From the IMG/VR virus record IMGVR_UViG_3300045988_160259, positions 1-64,000 of that record: a stretch of DNA of 64,000 bases; one strand, given 5' to 3'. This DNA comes from a virus. Shown one piece after another: positions 1 through 9,445 of this stretch (position 1 is the first letter of the stretch; each line of letters opens with the position of its first letter). The notes under the pieces were generated by a model. It searched no databases and had not been told where the DNA came from. It saw nothing but the letters and a program-made list of their open reading frames with translations. Position numbers and translations under genes: made by a program.

Positions 1-250
1 GTCATTCACGGTTGCATTCACTTACAATTGAATGATATTCTAACCGTCATTCACGAGGGAAAACTTCCGTTTCCTTGATTCCATTATATGCAATCTTCGG
101 AGAAAAATCTATTCACAAAATTCACAAACATGCGAACGGTGGTTCGTATAACTTCCACAAACTTGCATAAACTTCTCTATTGTTCTATTTCGTTGTCTTT
201 TCTTCTATTTACTTCTCTCATACGTGTGTTCGAGAGTCTCTTTGGTTGTA
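1..250 (-). ncRNA. partial group I intron-like RNA (further related copy), cut by window edge
   Basis: No long ORF on the minus strand. Blocks CATTCACG (3-10, 48-55) and CTTCCGTTTCC (64-74) repeat blocks 540-547 and 549-559 of the intron at 327-632. Confidence 0.3.
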
Positions 251-274
251 TCTACACTGTGTTCTACCTATTCA

Positions 275-326
275 TCAGTAGCTATAGGAAAGAACACGCC
301 TCAAATTTATAATATCACTTAATATT
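275..326 (-). CDS. predicted terminal mini-exon of the tape measure gene (..EGV|ILSDIINLRRVLSYSY*)
   Basis: Follows the predicted omega-G at 327. Its first 6 nt AATATT can pair with AATATT beside the internal guide (P10). It completes the split GT|A codon in frame. Confidence 0.35.
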
Positions 327-632
327 CAAATAGTCTATATTTTTCAAACCGCCAATCGCTTGCGGTCTTACATTAAGGCATTACGCCACCCAATATGGGT
401 TAGTCTCTGAACGTCTTCCATATCATTTCTGACTTAGGAAGTTCGCTGCGTCTGGGAGACTTGCACTCCCGGTTATCCCTAGTTTAATTATTTTTATGGT
501 TTCTATCCAATAACGAACTGTGAGTTTAAAACTCTACCGCATTCACGCCTTCCGTTTCCGGTTACGTTGTAGCTAATTAAACCTTATGGGGACTTCCCGC
601 AATTAAATAGATTTTACAGGAGCAAATATTTT
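327..632 (-). ncRNA. group I self-splicing intron in the 3' end of the tape measure gene
   Basis: Minus strand carries, in canonical order, P-like AATTGCGGGAAGTCCCC (588-604), Q-like ACGCAGCGAACTTCCTAAGTCAG (429-453), R GTTCAGAGACTAA (400-412) and S-like AAATATAGAC (331-341). P1 is AGGGGT|AAA pairing with GCTCCT (618-623). Confidence 0.75.
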
Positions 633-3600
633 ACCCCTTCTAAAGCCATGATTTGTGCCTTAATAGCATTAATATCATTGCTCTTTTTGGATATTGATTT
701 ATCATAGGAATAATAGTCAGCTTTTGCTTGAAGCGCCGACTTTCTCTTTTCTATGATTTTATCAAGATAATCAACCTCTGTACTCATAGCATTCTTATAC
801 AGATCAACCAGACTGTCCTGATATGATTTCACATCTGCAATCGAACCTTGAATACCTTCACGGTAATCTTTTGACTTGTCATTATATTCCGTTAAGGAAA
901 TAACCCCATTGTCATAAGACTCTTTTAGTTTTTGCAGACCCGTGGTATAATCTGCAATTTTTTGTTTTGCCGTACCAATACTCTGCTGTAAGAGAGCAAT
1001 CTGTGCCAATCCATCTTCAGTAATGCGGCCTTGTTTATCAAGGAATGCATCATCGTTCAGAAGGGCGCGGAAACTTTTCAGCTCATCTTCAAGGTCACTG
1101 TACTTCTGGATAGCATCGTCAAGTGGCTTGAAACGTAGCTCATAGATACTATCTTGAAGAGATTCATTGTCCGTAATTAGTTCCAGAGTATTTTCTTTTA
1201 GCGTTTGAATCTTTTCTGCATAATCTTGATACGATTTAGAATTGACATCAAGAACCGCCTGTTTCTTCCGGTATATTTCCATCTGCTTTAGATTCTGCTG
1301 TACCTGAGCGTTATTATTATCTATACGGTCAGTGTATAAATTCTCTGGCACATCACGATTCTGGGATTGCAGGTAAGAAATATATTTCTCCGTAATATCC
1401 GAATTACGTTTGATTCCGTCAATTACATTCTGGATAGTATCAATTTTAATCTGATCCAATTTATCCCGTAGTTCAAGAAGGCTAGTAGAAGCATCGTAAA
1501 TCTTAGCTGTGAAATCTTGAATATTTTTCATAGCAGCTTGATAAGCTTCGGAACCTTTCTTAAGATAACCACTGGAAAGTTGTGAATTTACTTCTTTCTG
1601 ATAATCGGAAAGCTTTTTGGTAAGCTGATTGTAAGTATCTTCCTGTGCTTTGATGGAATTATTCAGATTAGCATAATTGTCTGGATTGTCGATGGCTACG
1701 CCAAGTGCATCATTCAAGGATATTTTGGAATCGGCTACGGATTTTATCGCATCATTGATGTCTACGATCGCATCATATTCTTTTTCAATGATTTCCAGAC
1801 GTTTTTCGGCGAGTTCGGTGATTTTATCTTCGAGCTTTAACGCATTGTCTCTTGCAGATAAGTAAGATTCATAATAGCTTTGGAAGTCATTAATTTTCTT
1901 TTTCAGATCTTCATCTGTGATGGTATCTATATTAATACTACCATTCATGATCTGGTTCTTATAAGCATCAGACAAACTAATGCTATTAGCTTTTGCCAGA
2001 TAAGCATCTGCTGCCCGTTGATTATGAACCATTTCATTCGTTGCCTTACCGATTGCATCTGCCGCGGCTGCTTGTTTATTTGCAAGACCTACTGCACGTT
2101 CGATTGCATCAGTTGCAAGTTCTGTCATACGGGACAGACGGGAGAGCATAATTTTGATAAAATCAATTACTTCTTCGGTTGTTGACTTTGCATCAGAAGA
2201 GGACGAAGAGCCGCCGGAACTTCCTCCGGAAGATGATCGAGTTGAACCACCGGAAGATGTTCCACTGTTTCTACGACTACTGCCATCAGAAGATGAGTTA
2301 TGGCTGGTATTATTCTGTTTCTTTTTGTCTTCCCATGTGGAAGAATCCGCTTTTGTTCCAGAACTTCCAACATTAAATCTTCCCGATCCACCAGAGAACG
2401 CACTACCTAAAGAATAACCACCACCTGCAAGTTGTGCATGAGAGCCGGTAACATAACCATGTTCAAGTAACTGCTCCGTCTGATCACCGTTAAATACAAC
2501 ATCATCTTTCTTTAGATTTGCAAAAGTAGGATCGCCGCCATTCAAGATAAACGCCTTACCATCCCGAACGATTGCTTCTGGTTTTAACTCATTTACAAGC
2601 GCATGTGGTTCATTGTGAGCAAGTCCCCAATTACGGCTTGCAGTACCTGCCGCATGAGCAGTTCCTATAGCGTGTGCCGTACCATTTACTTTTGGAGCCG
2701 TACCATTAGTCTTAATATTGTAAGTCAGACTTCTTGTTTTATTACCTGGTAGATTTTCAAGTCCGGAAACAACCACACTGTAAATAACCGTAGCATTTTT
2801 GTCTTTCGGATCATAACTGTCAATCGCACTATGGTCAACTTTGTATTTTACCGTAGCGTCCTTATCTTTCGGCGTATAATTTACAATCGCTTCTTCGTTT
2901 ACACCAGCTTTTACAAGTAATTCTGGCGTAATTCCAGAAATCTTTGTAGAGACGTCGGCAAGAGCATTCGGATCAAGATTTACCCCTATTCCTACATCAA
3001 TCGGATGAGTAGCAATATTAGAAAGTTTCGACTGAAAATCAGTATCGTCAAGACCTAACTTTGCTGTCGTATCAGCATCAAGATTCTGTAGCTGTCCTGC
3101 CAACTGTTGTACTTTCTGCTGTGCATCTGTGGTATCAATGTCGATACCCTGTGTTTTCATCGTATTCTGTGCGTTCAGAATCTCTACAGCATTCTGATAT
3201 TCCTGTAATTTTCCAATCGCATTGCCCAGTTCTCCGTCAACCTGCGAAGTATCAACCTGTAGAATAGCTGGTGTATTTTCAAGATTTTGCTTCGTAGCGT
3301 ACAGGGATTGTAAACTGTTGACAGCATCTTGTGTATCGGCATTAACAGGAATCGTGCCGTCATCATTTCTGAACTGCTCCAACTGACTCTTCAGATCAGA
3401 GATCTTTTGATCGACAGAACTTGCATCCGCATCAATTACAATATTATTTTGTCCAGCCTCTTGCTGTTTCTGTACCAGATAGTCAAGAATATTATTGGCT
3501 TGCTCTAATCGTTCTGTCCGAACTTCTGGTTCCAAATCAGCGTCATTGACTTGCTGAATATATTCCTTAACCTTGTCAATATCATCTGTGATTTCACTGA

Positions 3601-6250
3601 ATGAATCTGTGTCCAAATTGATGCTATCAAGAGAAGTTTCACCCATTCCATCAAGAGCTTCTTTTGCAGACTGAGCTTCTGTCTTTAGTTGTTCCAGAGA
3701 TTTAACCGGCTGATCGAGGTCGATGTCAAAGCCAAAATCATGCAGTTTTCTTAACACTGATTGTACAGCTTCCACATCAATTCCCAGTGCATCCGCAATT
3801 TCTTGATCGTTTCCGACACCAAAGTTAATATCCCAGGAACCATCTTCATTCATGTGCGCCCATTCAGAATTAAGGTTAGAGATATCTTGTAAGAATGCTT
3901 GACATCCTTCCTGTCCTTCTGTGAAGTAACGCTCCATCTTCGGATAGGATTCTTCATAGGCAGTCACAATTTCATCTACACTGGCATTGGTCAGATCCTT
4001 ATTGGACATAAGGTCAACAAACTCACGGAATTTGTTTTCTCCTACAAGTCCCTTATCATATAGATCTTTGATGGATTCCATGTTACCCTGGATGGAATTA
4101 TACATATCACCTTCTTCACCACCGGACATAGCATCCTGCCATTGTTGATAAGCAGAAGTAGCAGTTTGATACTGATATGCTAGATCCTCCAGAGAGGAAA
4201 TATTATCCAAAATACCTTCGCGCTGTGCCTGTAAGCCGCTGACATCTTGACCTTTGACCATTGCATCGGCAATCTGCTCCTCGATTTGTCTCAGAGCTTC
4301 TTGTTGATCTGCAAGGCCGGAAAGATAATCCGCTTTGTTCATTTCAGATTGTTGCGCCTGTAGTTTTGCAAGTTCTTCACGGTTGATATGATAACCGTCT
4401 GCTGTTTTCTCCAGAGCACGCTCCGCATCATCTCCGAACATCTCTTTAAATGCTTTGACATTATCAGCAGAAATACCTGCTCCCGAAACAGATTCGGACA
4501 TAATCGTCTTAAGTGTTTCCAAATTTGCTTGCGCTTGCTGAATGGTAGTATTGATTTCTGAGAAGGAATCATCCACTTGATTCATGGATACGGTTGCCGT
4601 CATACCCATATCCGTTAAGAGATCAACAACTTTTGCCACACTTTCAGCAGAATCATCAGAAACAATTCCGAGATCCATTGCTTCGTTTACTGCCATGCGT
4701 AGAGCATCTTTACCAGACACAACATCACTTGTGTCAAGATTGATGCTCTTGAGGTCAATGTCTGTGTAATTCTTCAACTCTTTGAGTTTCGAAAGTACAG
4801 TATTATTTAACTTATCTGCACCTCTACCGGATAAGCGTTCTTTGAACTCATAAGTCTTTTCGGATGCTGTATCAATACCATCTGCAATCTCATCAAACAG
4901 TTCCTTGTATTTTTTACCGGAATCTCTACTGACAATATTATCTACGGATGCTTTTACTCCATCTAATGCAGTCTTTGCTTCTTCAACTTTAGAAGTATCT
5001 CCACTTTGCAAAGCTTCGTTATATTTGTCCACAGCATCCGCATATTGCTGATACACAGTTGCTGGTTTATTATTACCGTAACCTTCTGCAAGCATGGAAT
5101 TTTTCAGATACTCTTGATAGACTTCTTGGTGCTTATCCAAAATATCTTTATAGGAAGATTCCGCATCTTCCGCGGAACTGATAATATTGTCAAAGTAATC
5201 AGTATTCTTGCCCTCATCTTGGAATTGACGCTTCAGCTCTTTGACAGTGGCAAGGAAATTGTTCAGCTTTTCATCTGCTCCTGTAACTGTTTCATTTTCA
5301 AAACCGAGTTGGAACTGACCTGTAGCCACACCATTATATTGTTTGAGTCCTGCTTGCTCTGCCGCTTTCTGGATTTCTTCGACCTGAGACTTACTGTTCC
5401 GGTAACGTTTGAGCATCTCTTTATAGGTATCAGAATTTGTATATTCAGATTTCTGTGGTTCCGATCCGAGCATAGCTAAAGTAGGAGTGTTACCAAAGAA
5501 TGACTCATAATCATCTTTGGTCATGGCTTTATTAACTTTTTTGTATGCTTCTTCATGATCGGGGTCATTCAGCCAGCTTTTCGCATTTTCAACCTTAAGC
5601 TGTTGCATCTTCTCAACCTGTTCATCCAGCTTACCATTTACCAGATCAATTCCATCTGCTTGCTCACCGTAAGAATCAGATAATTGACTTTGGATATCAA
5701 GCAATTGACTCTTCGTGTTGTATGCTTCTTGCTCCGTAAGAGTACCGGATGCTAAAGACTCTTTTAACTCTTGTACTTTTTGAATATTATCATCTAAAGA
5801 TTTATTCTTTTTTTCTAAGACACTTGAGTCCTCTTTTGTTTGTTGTATTTGTTCTTGAAGATGTTGTTGTTGTGCTCTATATACTCCAAAACCAACCGCT
5901 ACGGCTGCTAAAGCACCAGTAAATATACCTAATGCAGTTGTTGATATACCAATTGTTGCTGCTAAACCAGAAAATGCTGTTTTTAGACCAGAAAGTCCAC
6001 TGGATGACGCTTCTAGTTCGTGCATTTTTAAGATTACATCGTCTGTGTTATCTGCTAAATCCGCTGCTTTTAAAGCAGCCGCGGCGAATTCATCAGAAAT
6101 ATCTGCGCTATAAAATACTTTTGCTATATCAGTTACATTAGACAATCCCTTGATAGCATCCGCAACACGATCTTTGCTTGAAGATGCAGAGATTACTTGA
6201 TCTGCGATAGATAATAAATCTTTTCCTATACTTGCTTTTTTTAATGACAA
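614..6250 (-). CDS. tail tape measure protein, distal part (1878 aa ORF; predicted exon 6247->633)
   Basis: N-terminal hydrophobic segment, long coiled coil, LVNELKPEAIV motif and a Ser/Gly-rich linker. The only start is a TTG with no SD, 3 codons after an in-frame TAA. The last 6 codons and the stop lie in the intron. Confidence 0.8.
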   Translation of the reverse strand: MSLKKASIGKDLLSIADQVISASSSKDRVADAIKGLSNVTDIAKVFYSADISDEFAAAALKAADLADNTDDVILKMHELEASSSGLSGLKTAFSGLAATIGISTTALGIFTGALAAVAVGFGVYRAQQQHLQEQIQQTKEDSSVLEKKNKSLDDNIQKVQELKESLASGTLTEQEAYNTKSQLLDIQSQLSDSYGEQADGIDLVNGKLDEQVEKMQQLKVENAKSWLNDPDHEEAYKKVNKAMTKDDYESFFGNTPTLAMLGSEPQKSEYTNSDTYKEMLKRYRNSKSQVEEIQKAAEQAGLKQYNGVATGQFQLGFENETVTGADEKLNNFLATVKELKRQFQDEGKNTDYFDNIISSAEDAESSYKDILDKHQEVYQEYLKNSMLAEGYGNNKPATVYQQYADAVDKYNEALQSGDTSKVEEAKTALDGVKASVDNIVSRDSGKKYKELFDEIADGIDTASEKTYEFKERLSGRGADKLNNTVLSKLKELKNYTDIDLKSINLDTSDVVSGKDALRMAVNEAMDLGIVSDDSAESVAKVVDLLTDMGMTATVSMNQVDDSFSEINTTIQQAQANLETLKTIMSESVSGAGISADNVKAFKEMFGDDAERALEKTADGYHINREELAKLQAQQSEMNKADYLSGLADQQEALRQIEEQIADAMVKGQDVSGLQAQREGILDNISSLEDLAYQYQTATSAYQQWQDAMSGGEEGDMYNSIQGNMESIKDLYDKGLVGENKFREFVDLMSNKDLTNASVDEIVTAYEESYPKMERYFTEGQEGCQAFLQDISNLNSEWAHMNEDGSWDINFGVGNDQEIADALGIDVEAVQSVLRKLHDFGFDIDLDQPVKSLEQLKTEAQSAKEALDGMGETSLDSINLDTDSFSEITDDIDKVKEYIQQVNDADLEPEVRTERLEQANNILDYLVQKQQEAGQNNIVIDADASSVDQKISDLKSQLEQFRNDDGTIPVNADTQDAVNSLQSLYATKQNLENTPAILQVDTSQVDGELGNAIGKLQEYQNAVEILNAQNTMKTQGIDIDTTDAQQKVQQLAGQLQNLDADTTAKLGLDDTDFQSKLSNIATHPIDVGIGVNLDPNALADVSTKISGITPELLVKAGVNEEAIVNYTPKDKDATVKYKVDHSAIDSYDPKDKNATVIYSVVVSGLENLPGNKTRSLTYNIKTNGTAPKVNGTAHAIGTAHAAGTASRNWGLAHNEPHALVNELKPEAIVRDGKAFILNGGDPTFANLKKDDVVFNGDQTEQLLEHGYVTGSHAQLAGGGYSLGSAFSGGSGRFNVGSSGTKADSSTWEDKKKQNNTSHNSSSDGSSRRNSGTSSGGSTRSSSGGSSGGSSSSSDAKSTTEEVIDFIKIMLSRLSRMTELATDAIERAVGLANKQAAAADAIGKATNEMVHNQRAADAYLAKANSISLSDAYKNQIMNGSINIDTITDEDLKKKINDFQSYYESYLSARDNALKLEDKITELAEKRLEIIEKEYDAIVDINDAIKSVADSKISLNDALGVAIDNPDNYANLNNSIKAQEDTYNQLTKKLSDYQKEVNSQLSSGYLKKGSEAYQAAMKNIQDFTAKIYDASTSLLELRDKLDQIKIDTIQNVIDGIKRNSDITEKYISYLQSQNRDVPENLYTDRIDNNNAQVQQNLKQMEIYRKKQAVLDVNSKSYQDYAEKIQTLKENTLELITDNESLQDSIYELRFKPLDDAIQKYSDLEDELKSFRALLNDDAFLDKQGRITEDGLAQIALLQQSIGTAKQKIADYTTGLQKLKESYDNGVISLTEYNDKSKDYREGIQGSIADVKSYQDSLVDLYKNAMSTEVDYLDKIIEKRKSALQAKADYYSYDKSISKKSNDINAIKAQIMALEGVKYLLL

Positions 6251-6272
6251 AGTGTATTATATTTAGTATAAT
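6244..6272 (+). promoter_or_regulatory. sigma70-like promoter for the plus-strand two-gene module
   Basis: ATGACA, 17 nt spacer, TATAAT, followed by RBS AAAGGAGA and the ATG at 6309. Confidence 0.55.
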
Positions 6273-6308
6273 TTTGTTTCTATCAAAATTCTACAAAAGG
6301 AGATAACT

Positions 6309-6773
6309 ATGGCATTAATCAAGTGTCCTGAATGTAATCGTGAAATTAGTGATAAAACTGAATATTGTATTCATTGTGGTTTTCCGTTAAAGCAAAATTA
6401 TACAATTATCATAAACGGAAAAATATATTCATGCGAAGCAATTCAAAATGCAATCAACGACTATAAAAATAATATTATTGATAGAAACCATTTCTGTGGT
6501 ATTATCATGAGATCTATTAACAATACACATGCACTTTCTACACATTATGCTCTTGAATTATGTAATTATATAGAAGACAATCTTGAAATTCCAAAAGAAT
6601 TTAACGGAGAATCAGAAGAAGAAGAAAACAAACCACATTGTCCAAAATGTAATTCAACAGCAATTTCTATCACAACCCGTGGATATTCATTCGTCAAAGG
6701 ATTTGTTGGATCTGGCAAACCAATGAATGTATGCCAGAAATGTGGATACAAATGGCAACCTGGAAAGAGATGA
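6309..6773 (+). CDS. double zinc-ribbon protein
   Basis: CPECN..CIHCG at the N-terminus and CPKCN..CQKCG at the C-terminus. Good RBS. Opposite strand to all surrounding late genes. Confidence 0.75.
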   Translation: MALIKCPECNREISDKTEYCIHCGFPLKQNYTIIINGKIYSCEAIQNAINDYKNNIIDRNHFCGIIMRSINNTHALSTHYALELCNYIEDNLEIPKEFNGESEEEENKPHCPKCNSTAISITTRGYSFVKGFVGSGKPMNVCQKCGYKWQPGKR

Positions 6774-8011
6774 AAAATATGAAACATCCAGAAGAATCCA
6801 GTTCCAATATTATTTATCAAAAAATGTTGGATAGTATTTTTAAAGTAATAAAACAGAGATTATTATGTACACTCGACCAGAAATGGACTTTTCATGGTGA
6901 AATTGATTATCCAAAATATCATGATATAAGATTTAAATTAGGATACCATGAAGATATAGAATATTCTATAACAGGAGTCTGTGATGTTTTAAAACGATTT
7001 TCTTTAAAGAAACTAACTTTCAAAGGTGATATATTTGATGATTCCAGCTCGGATTGCGTATATCTCGATGTCGATTATCATGAAAGAAAATATCTTGGCG
7101 ACTTTGAAGCTATCATCTATAGGATCTTAAAAAATAATCGTAGTTACAGAAATTTTTACGAAACTTACGAACGATACACAAAACAAAATCCATTTCAATA
7201 TGTAGGTAATTTAATTAAAAATCGTTTCCTTAACATGGAAGTAGAAGAGTACTCAGAGTTTGATTGGATCAGTTACCATTATACCGGCGAGTATAAAAAC
7301 GATTCTTTTGAAATCTTTATAGATAATAGTGATCAGCTTTTTGATGATGAAGAAGATGTTTCTTTTGATCGTTTCGAAATATATACAAAAGAATTCCAAT
7401 TATCATTTGAAGAAGAACAGAGCGAAAAAATCCGCGAATTATGTTATCTATTAAAAACTCAAAGTATTCCGGTTGAAAATTTCCTGATCAGAACTACTAC
7501 AATGCATTGCATCAACCAGAAACATCATCTTCAAAGAATAAAGGCACTTGTATATATAGATACTGGCAAGACGATTAAACAAGAAGAGATAGAAGCCGGA
7601 TTCTGCATCGAATGCAATCAATACTTTATTACAGAAATAGAATATCAAAAGCTTTGCAAAAAAGGAAGAGTTTGTTGCCGAGTTGTTACATTACCAGAAT
7701 ATCAAGAAATTTCTAAAGTAACAGATTTTAATTTGGCTGGTGTTTCTTTACTTAAAAGTTATGGATACAATGTCAATGCCAAAAATAATTTGCCAGATGC
7801 CGAAAGAAGACGCATATTATCTTTTATTGTAGAAAATAAGATTGAATCCATTGACCGAATTATAGGATTCATCGAATGGCTGATCAGAAGAAATTCTAGT
7901 TCCAAACTTCAAGTAGCACGTTCAAAATGGAATAGAGATCTTGATTACATGAAAAGATACAAACCTGTCGAAGGAATTGTGCGTGTTGGCAGTATATATC
8001 AAAGAAAATAA
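6770..8011 (+). CDS. hypothetical protein, translationally coupled to the zinc-ribbon gene
   Basis: ATGA start/stop overlap at 6770-6773 (the ORF track starts at 6731). Cys cluster [13 protein letters not shown]. No family recognised. Confidence 0.7.
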   Translation: MKNMKHPEESSSNIIYQKMLDSIFKVIKQRLLCTLDQKWTFHGEIDYPKYHDIRFKLGYHEDIEYSITGVCDVLKRFSLKKLTFKGDIFDDSSSDCVYLDVDYHERKYLGDFEAIIYRILKNNRSYRNFYETYERYTKQNPFQYVGNLIKNRFLNMEVEEYSEFDWISYHYTGEYKNDSFEIFIDNSDQLFDDEEDVSFDRFEIYTKEFQLSFEEEQSEKIRELCYLLKTQSIPVENFLIRTTTMHCINQKHHLQRIKALVYIDTGKTIKQEEIEAGFCIECNQYFITEIEYQKLCKKGRVCCRVVTLPEYQEISKVTDFNLAGVSLLKSYGYNVNAKNNLPDAERRRILSFIVENKIESIDRIIGFIEWLIRRNSSSKLQVARSKWNRDLDYMKRYKPVEGIVRVGSIYQRK

Positions 8012-8033
8012 CACATATTATAAAAGAGAATTT

Positions 8034-8606
8034 TTATAATAACATATACATAGCATCATTTTCAGCTATTTCCATATTCTCTTCACGAAGCATGTACTCA
8101 TCAAATTTTGAAAACATATTCCGCTCATAAAATCTTTTTGCTTTTTTGTCAGCGTATAAAACTATGTAATTTGCTGTCAACTTTTCTTCTGAGAGATTTC
8201 TGCATATTTTAATTACATCACACATAATACTATCACTTAAATAAAAATGATCTTCTGGATTTTGACTATTTTTAGAAGATTCTTCCATATACATTTTTTG
8301 GAAATAAATATCCACGGCAAAAATATCTATTTTAATCGATGGAAGTATTTTAACATAATTGTCCATTTTTAATATAATTCCAGATGCCGCCAAAGAAAAA
8401 ACTCCAATAATCCTTCCTGTGATAGAATCATATACTTTAAATGGTAATCCATCATCTGTATCCAAGATATCATTTTTAATCAACTCATTATGAATATAAT
8501 AATCCAATCGCCGATTCCCACATGAAAACGCCTGAATATCATAATAATCTTCAGGCGTTACTCTGCTATACGAATAATTTACTTCTTCTCCATATTGATA
8601 ATTCAT
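8034..8606 (-). CDS. GNAT acetyltransferase, TacT/AtaT-like toxin candidate
   Basis: N-terminal FSCGNRRLDYYI motif, IFAVD..Q block and C-terminal RFYERNMFSKF typical of GNAT. The acetyl-CoA loop is divergent. Confidence 0.55.
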   Translation of the reverse strand: MNYQYGEEVNYSYSRVTPEDYYDIQAFSCGNRRLDYYIHNELIKNDILDTDDGLPFKVYDSITGRIIGVFSLAASGIILKMDNYVKILPSIKIDIFAVDIYFQKMYMEESSKNSQNPEDHFYLSDSIMCDVIKICRNLSEEKLTANYIVLYADKKAKRFYERNMFSKFDEYMLREENMEIAENDAMYMLL

Positions 8607-8749
8607 TTGTTTTTCCTGTTTTTAGTTTTTCTGTTTTCGAAACGGTTAATAGCATCTATGCTAGATTTTACATTACGAGAGAAAAAATCATTTGCTTTTT
8701 TAGGATCTAAGATAAAAGCTCCTGTTGTTGGTTTAGAAATTGATGCCAT
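8603..8749 (-). CDS. small protein overlapping the GNAT start (candidate antitoxin)
   Basis: MASISKPTTG.. with RBS AGAGAGGG. ATGA overlap with the GNAT gene. Promoter-like TTGAAA, 17 nt spacer, TATATT upstream. No family recognised. Confidence 0.45.
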   Translation of the reverse strand: MASISKPTTGAFILDPKKANDFFSRNVKSSIDAINRFENRKTKNRKNK

Positions 8750-8949
8750 ATTATCCCTCTCTTTCTTCTTAATATATAAAACCTCTGTTCGCATTAAAGT
8801 GTCGGTATCTTTAGGATATAATCAGTTTCTAATAATAATATATCATATTGTGTTACAACTTTCAACATACTTTAGAATAAGAATTTTTTCACTATCAAAT
8901 TCAGAAGTGGGTGATCCACGTTAGAAAATAACACAAAGTTATACTGATA

Positions 8950-9445
8950 ACGGTATTTGATTTACCGGAAGTTTTTCATACGCATTCGCGCTACATTTGG
9001 TTACTATAAAAGTAAACGTATTACTGAAACTTTCTCTAAATCGCAATACGTACTATACATTAAAAGAAGAATAATACTAAGGCGACTATTCTCTCCGAGG
9101 ATGGGTATGTCTCTGGGGATACTATCCGAAAAGGATATTGTCCTGCTTATTATCTCTGTATTGATACGTAGGTGTCATCTTTATTTTCATAAAATTAACC
9201 ATATATCTTCAATCAATTTTTTCGGTTTCCCTAACATTGTGCGTTATTCCTTTCGGACATTCGTTTTAGTTTGATTGATTTTAACGAGTTTTTCAAGCAT
9301 TTACTCCTCTATGACACAAAAATTATATTATAAAACATGTCATGCTCCGCCATTTGATCTATAACGCCATTATGTTATATTTCTTATGTCGGCTAGGCTC
9401 ACTATCATGCAAGTATAAGAGATAGAAACCCATGATTTCGGGTTT
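8950..9445 (-). ncRNA. group I intron core (5' part of the intervening sequence in the tape measure gene)
   Basis: 5' splice site CTTAGGT|AAA (exon ends at 9446) pairs with GCCTAG (9393-9398), including the U.G pair. R-like CCAGAGACATACCC (9099-9118) and S-like GAGAATAGTCGCC (9081-9093). ORF-free and hairpin-rich. Confidence 0.5.

Noticed and set aside
88-312. 74 aa plus-strand ORF at the left edge
   Set aside because: It lies in ORF-poor, intron-like sequence and the predicted terminal TMP exon. It has an implausible Phe/Leu/Ser-rich composition and no RBS.
1677-5479. Plus-strand and alternative-frame ORFs inside the tape measure gene (1677..1865, 1880..2185, 2154..2417, 2167..2403, 2179..2376, 3061..3267, 3184..3366, 4339..4572, 4584..4769, 5006..5479)
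   Set aside because: They are shadows of a long, compositionally biased coiled-coil and Ser/Gly-rich gene. They have no RBS and low-complexity products.
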